From assembly GCA_036785375.1 (NCBI GenBank), contig JAWMAR010000217.1, positions 3,038,001-3,102,000 of the forward strand: DNA of 64,000 nucleotides, read 5' to 3'. Source of the stretch: Leucoraja ocellata. Its lineage: Eukaryota. The position numbers were made by a program, and so were the translations under genes. Of the stretch, positions 63,654-64,000 are shown in pieces. Position 1 is the stretch's first letter; the number at the start of each line of letters is the position of its first letter. The notes beneath the pieces were generated by a model. It saw only the letters and a list, made by a program, of their open reading frames with translations. It had not been told where the DNA came from and made no database searches.

Positions 63654-63887
63654 GACAGGCGACCCATTCTTCAGGCTACCTTATGTCTCTCTCCCCCCCC
63701 CCCAACTCCTACCCACACACGCGAATGCTGGAGAAACTCAACGGGTGCAGCAGCATCTATGGAACGAAGGAAATAGACAACGTTTCGGCCCCGCTGCACC
63801 CGCTGATTTTTTCCAGCATTCGTGTGTGTGGGTGGGAGTGGGGGGGAGAGAGACATAAGGCAGCCTGAAGAATGGGTCGCACCTGTC
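63654..63887. repeat. ~95-bp-arm fold-back inverted repeat built from Penelope-type sequence
   Basis: gacaggcgacccattcttcaggc...cgggtgcagc / gctgcacccg...gcctgaagaatgggtcgcacctgtc. Confidence 0.85.
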
Positions 63888-64000
63888 TGCAGGGTGAGCG
63901 CCGATGCCCCCATGTGTGGATGATTGATTGCCTCAGTAAATTCCAGAATTTTCCTTGTGGGGGGTAGTTGACTGGCGCCGACGGTGTGCCCCAACCCCCA

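Noticed and set aside
8200-64000. Neighbouring gene GPR65 (next to KCNK10 in human)
   Set aside because: No seven-transmembrane ORF or other host exon is recognisable here; it probably lies outside the window.

Overview
Vertebrate genomic DNA, very probably from a cartilaginous fish (skate/ray-like repeat landscape). The only host gene visible is the last coding exon of KCNK10 (TREK-2 potassium channel, + strand, 2728-3333) with a probable long 3' UTR. The remaining ~55 kb is intergenic and dense in transposons: three CR1 LINE families (one full-length, one near-intact), Rex1/Babar-type LINE pieces, tRNA-derived SINEs, many Penelope-derived repeats with hammerhead-ribozyme cores, a Tc1 relic, a Tc2-type MITE, several hAT MITEs, a decayed DUF659-type hAT, a non-autonomous Helitron and an unclassified TIR element. 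There are five short N gaps. The main leads are three. (1) Two divergent CR1 families both end ORF1 with an in-frame U_UUA_AAC slippery heptamer, a stop codon and a similar G-tract array, with ORF2 continuing in the -1 frame; this suggests programmed -1 frameshifting in CR1 LINEs. (2) A hammerhead-bearing repeat family is physically linked to a Penelope endonuclease C-terminus and often forms back-to-back inverted pairs. (3) A hAT transposase of a type I know mainly from arthropods is a horizontal-transfer candidate. All repeat-family names are from pattern recognition and are not database-verified. Coordinates without TSD/TIR support are approximate.
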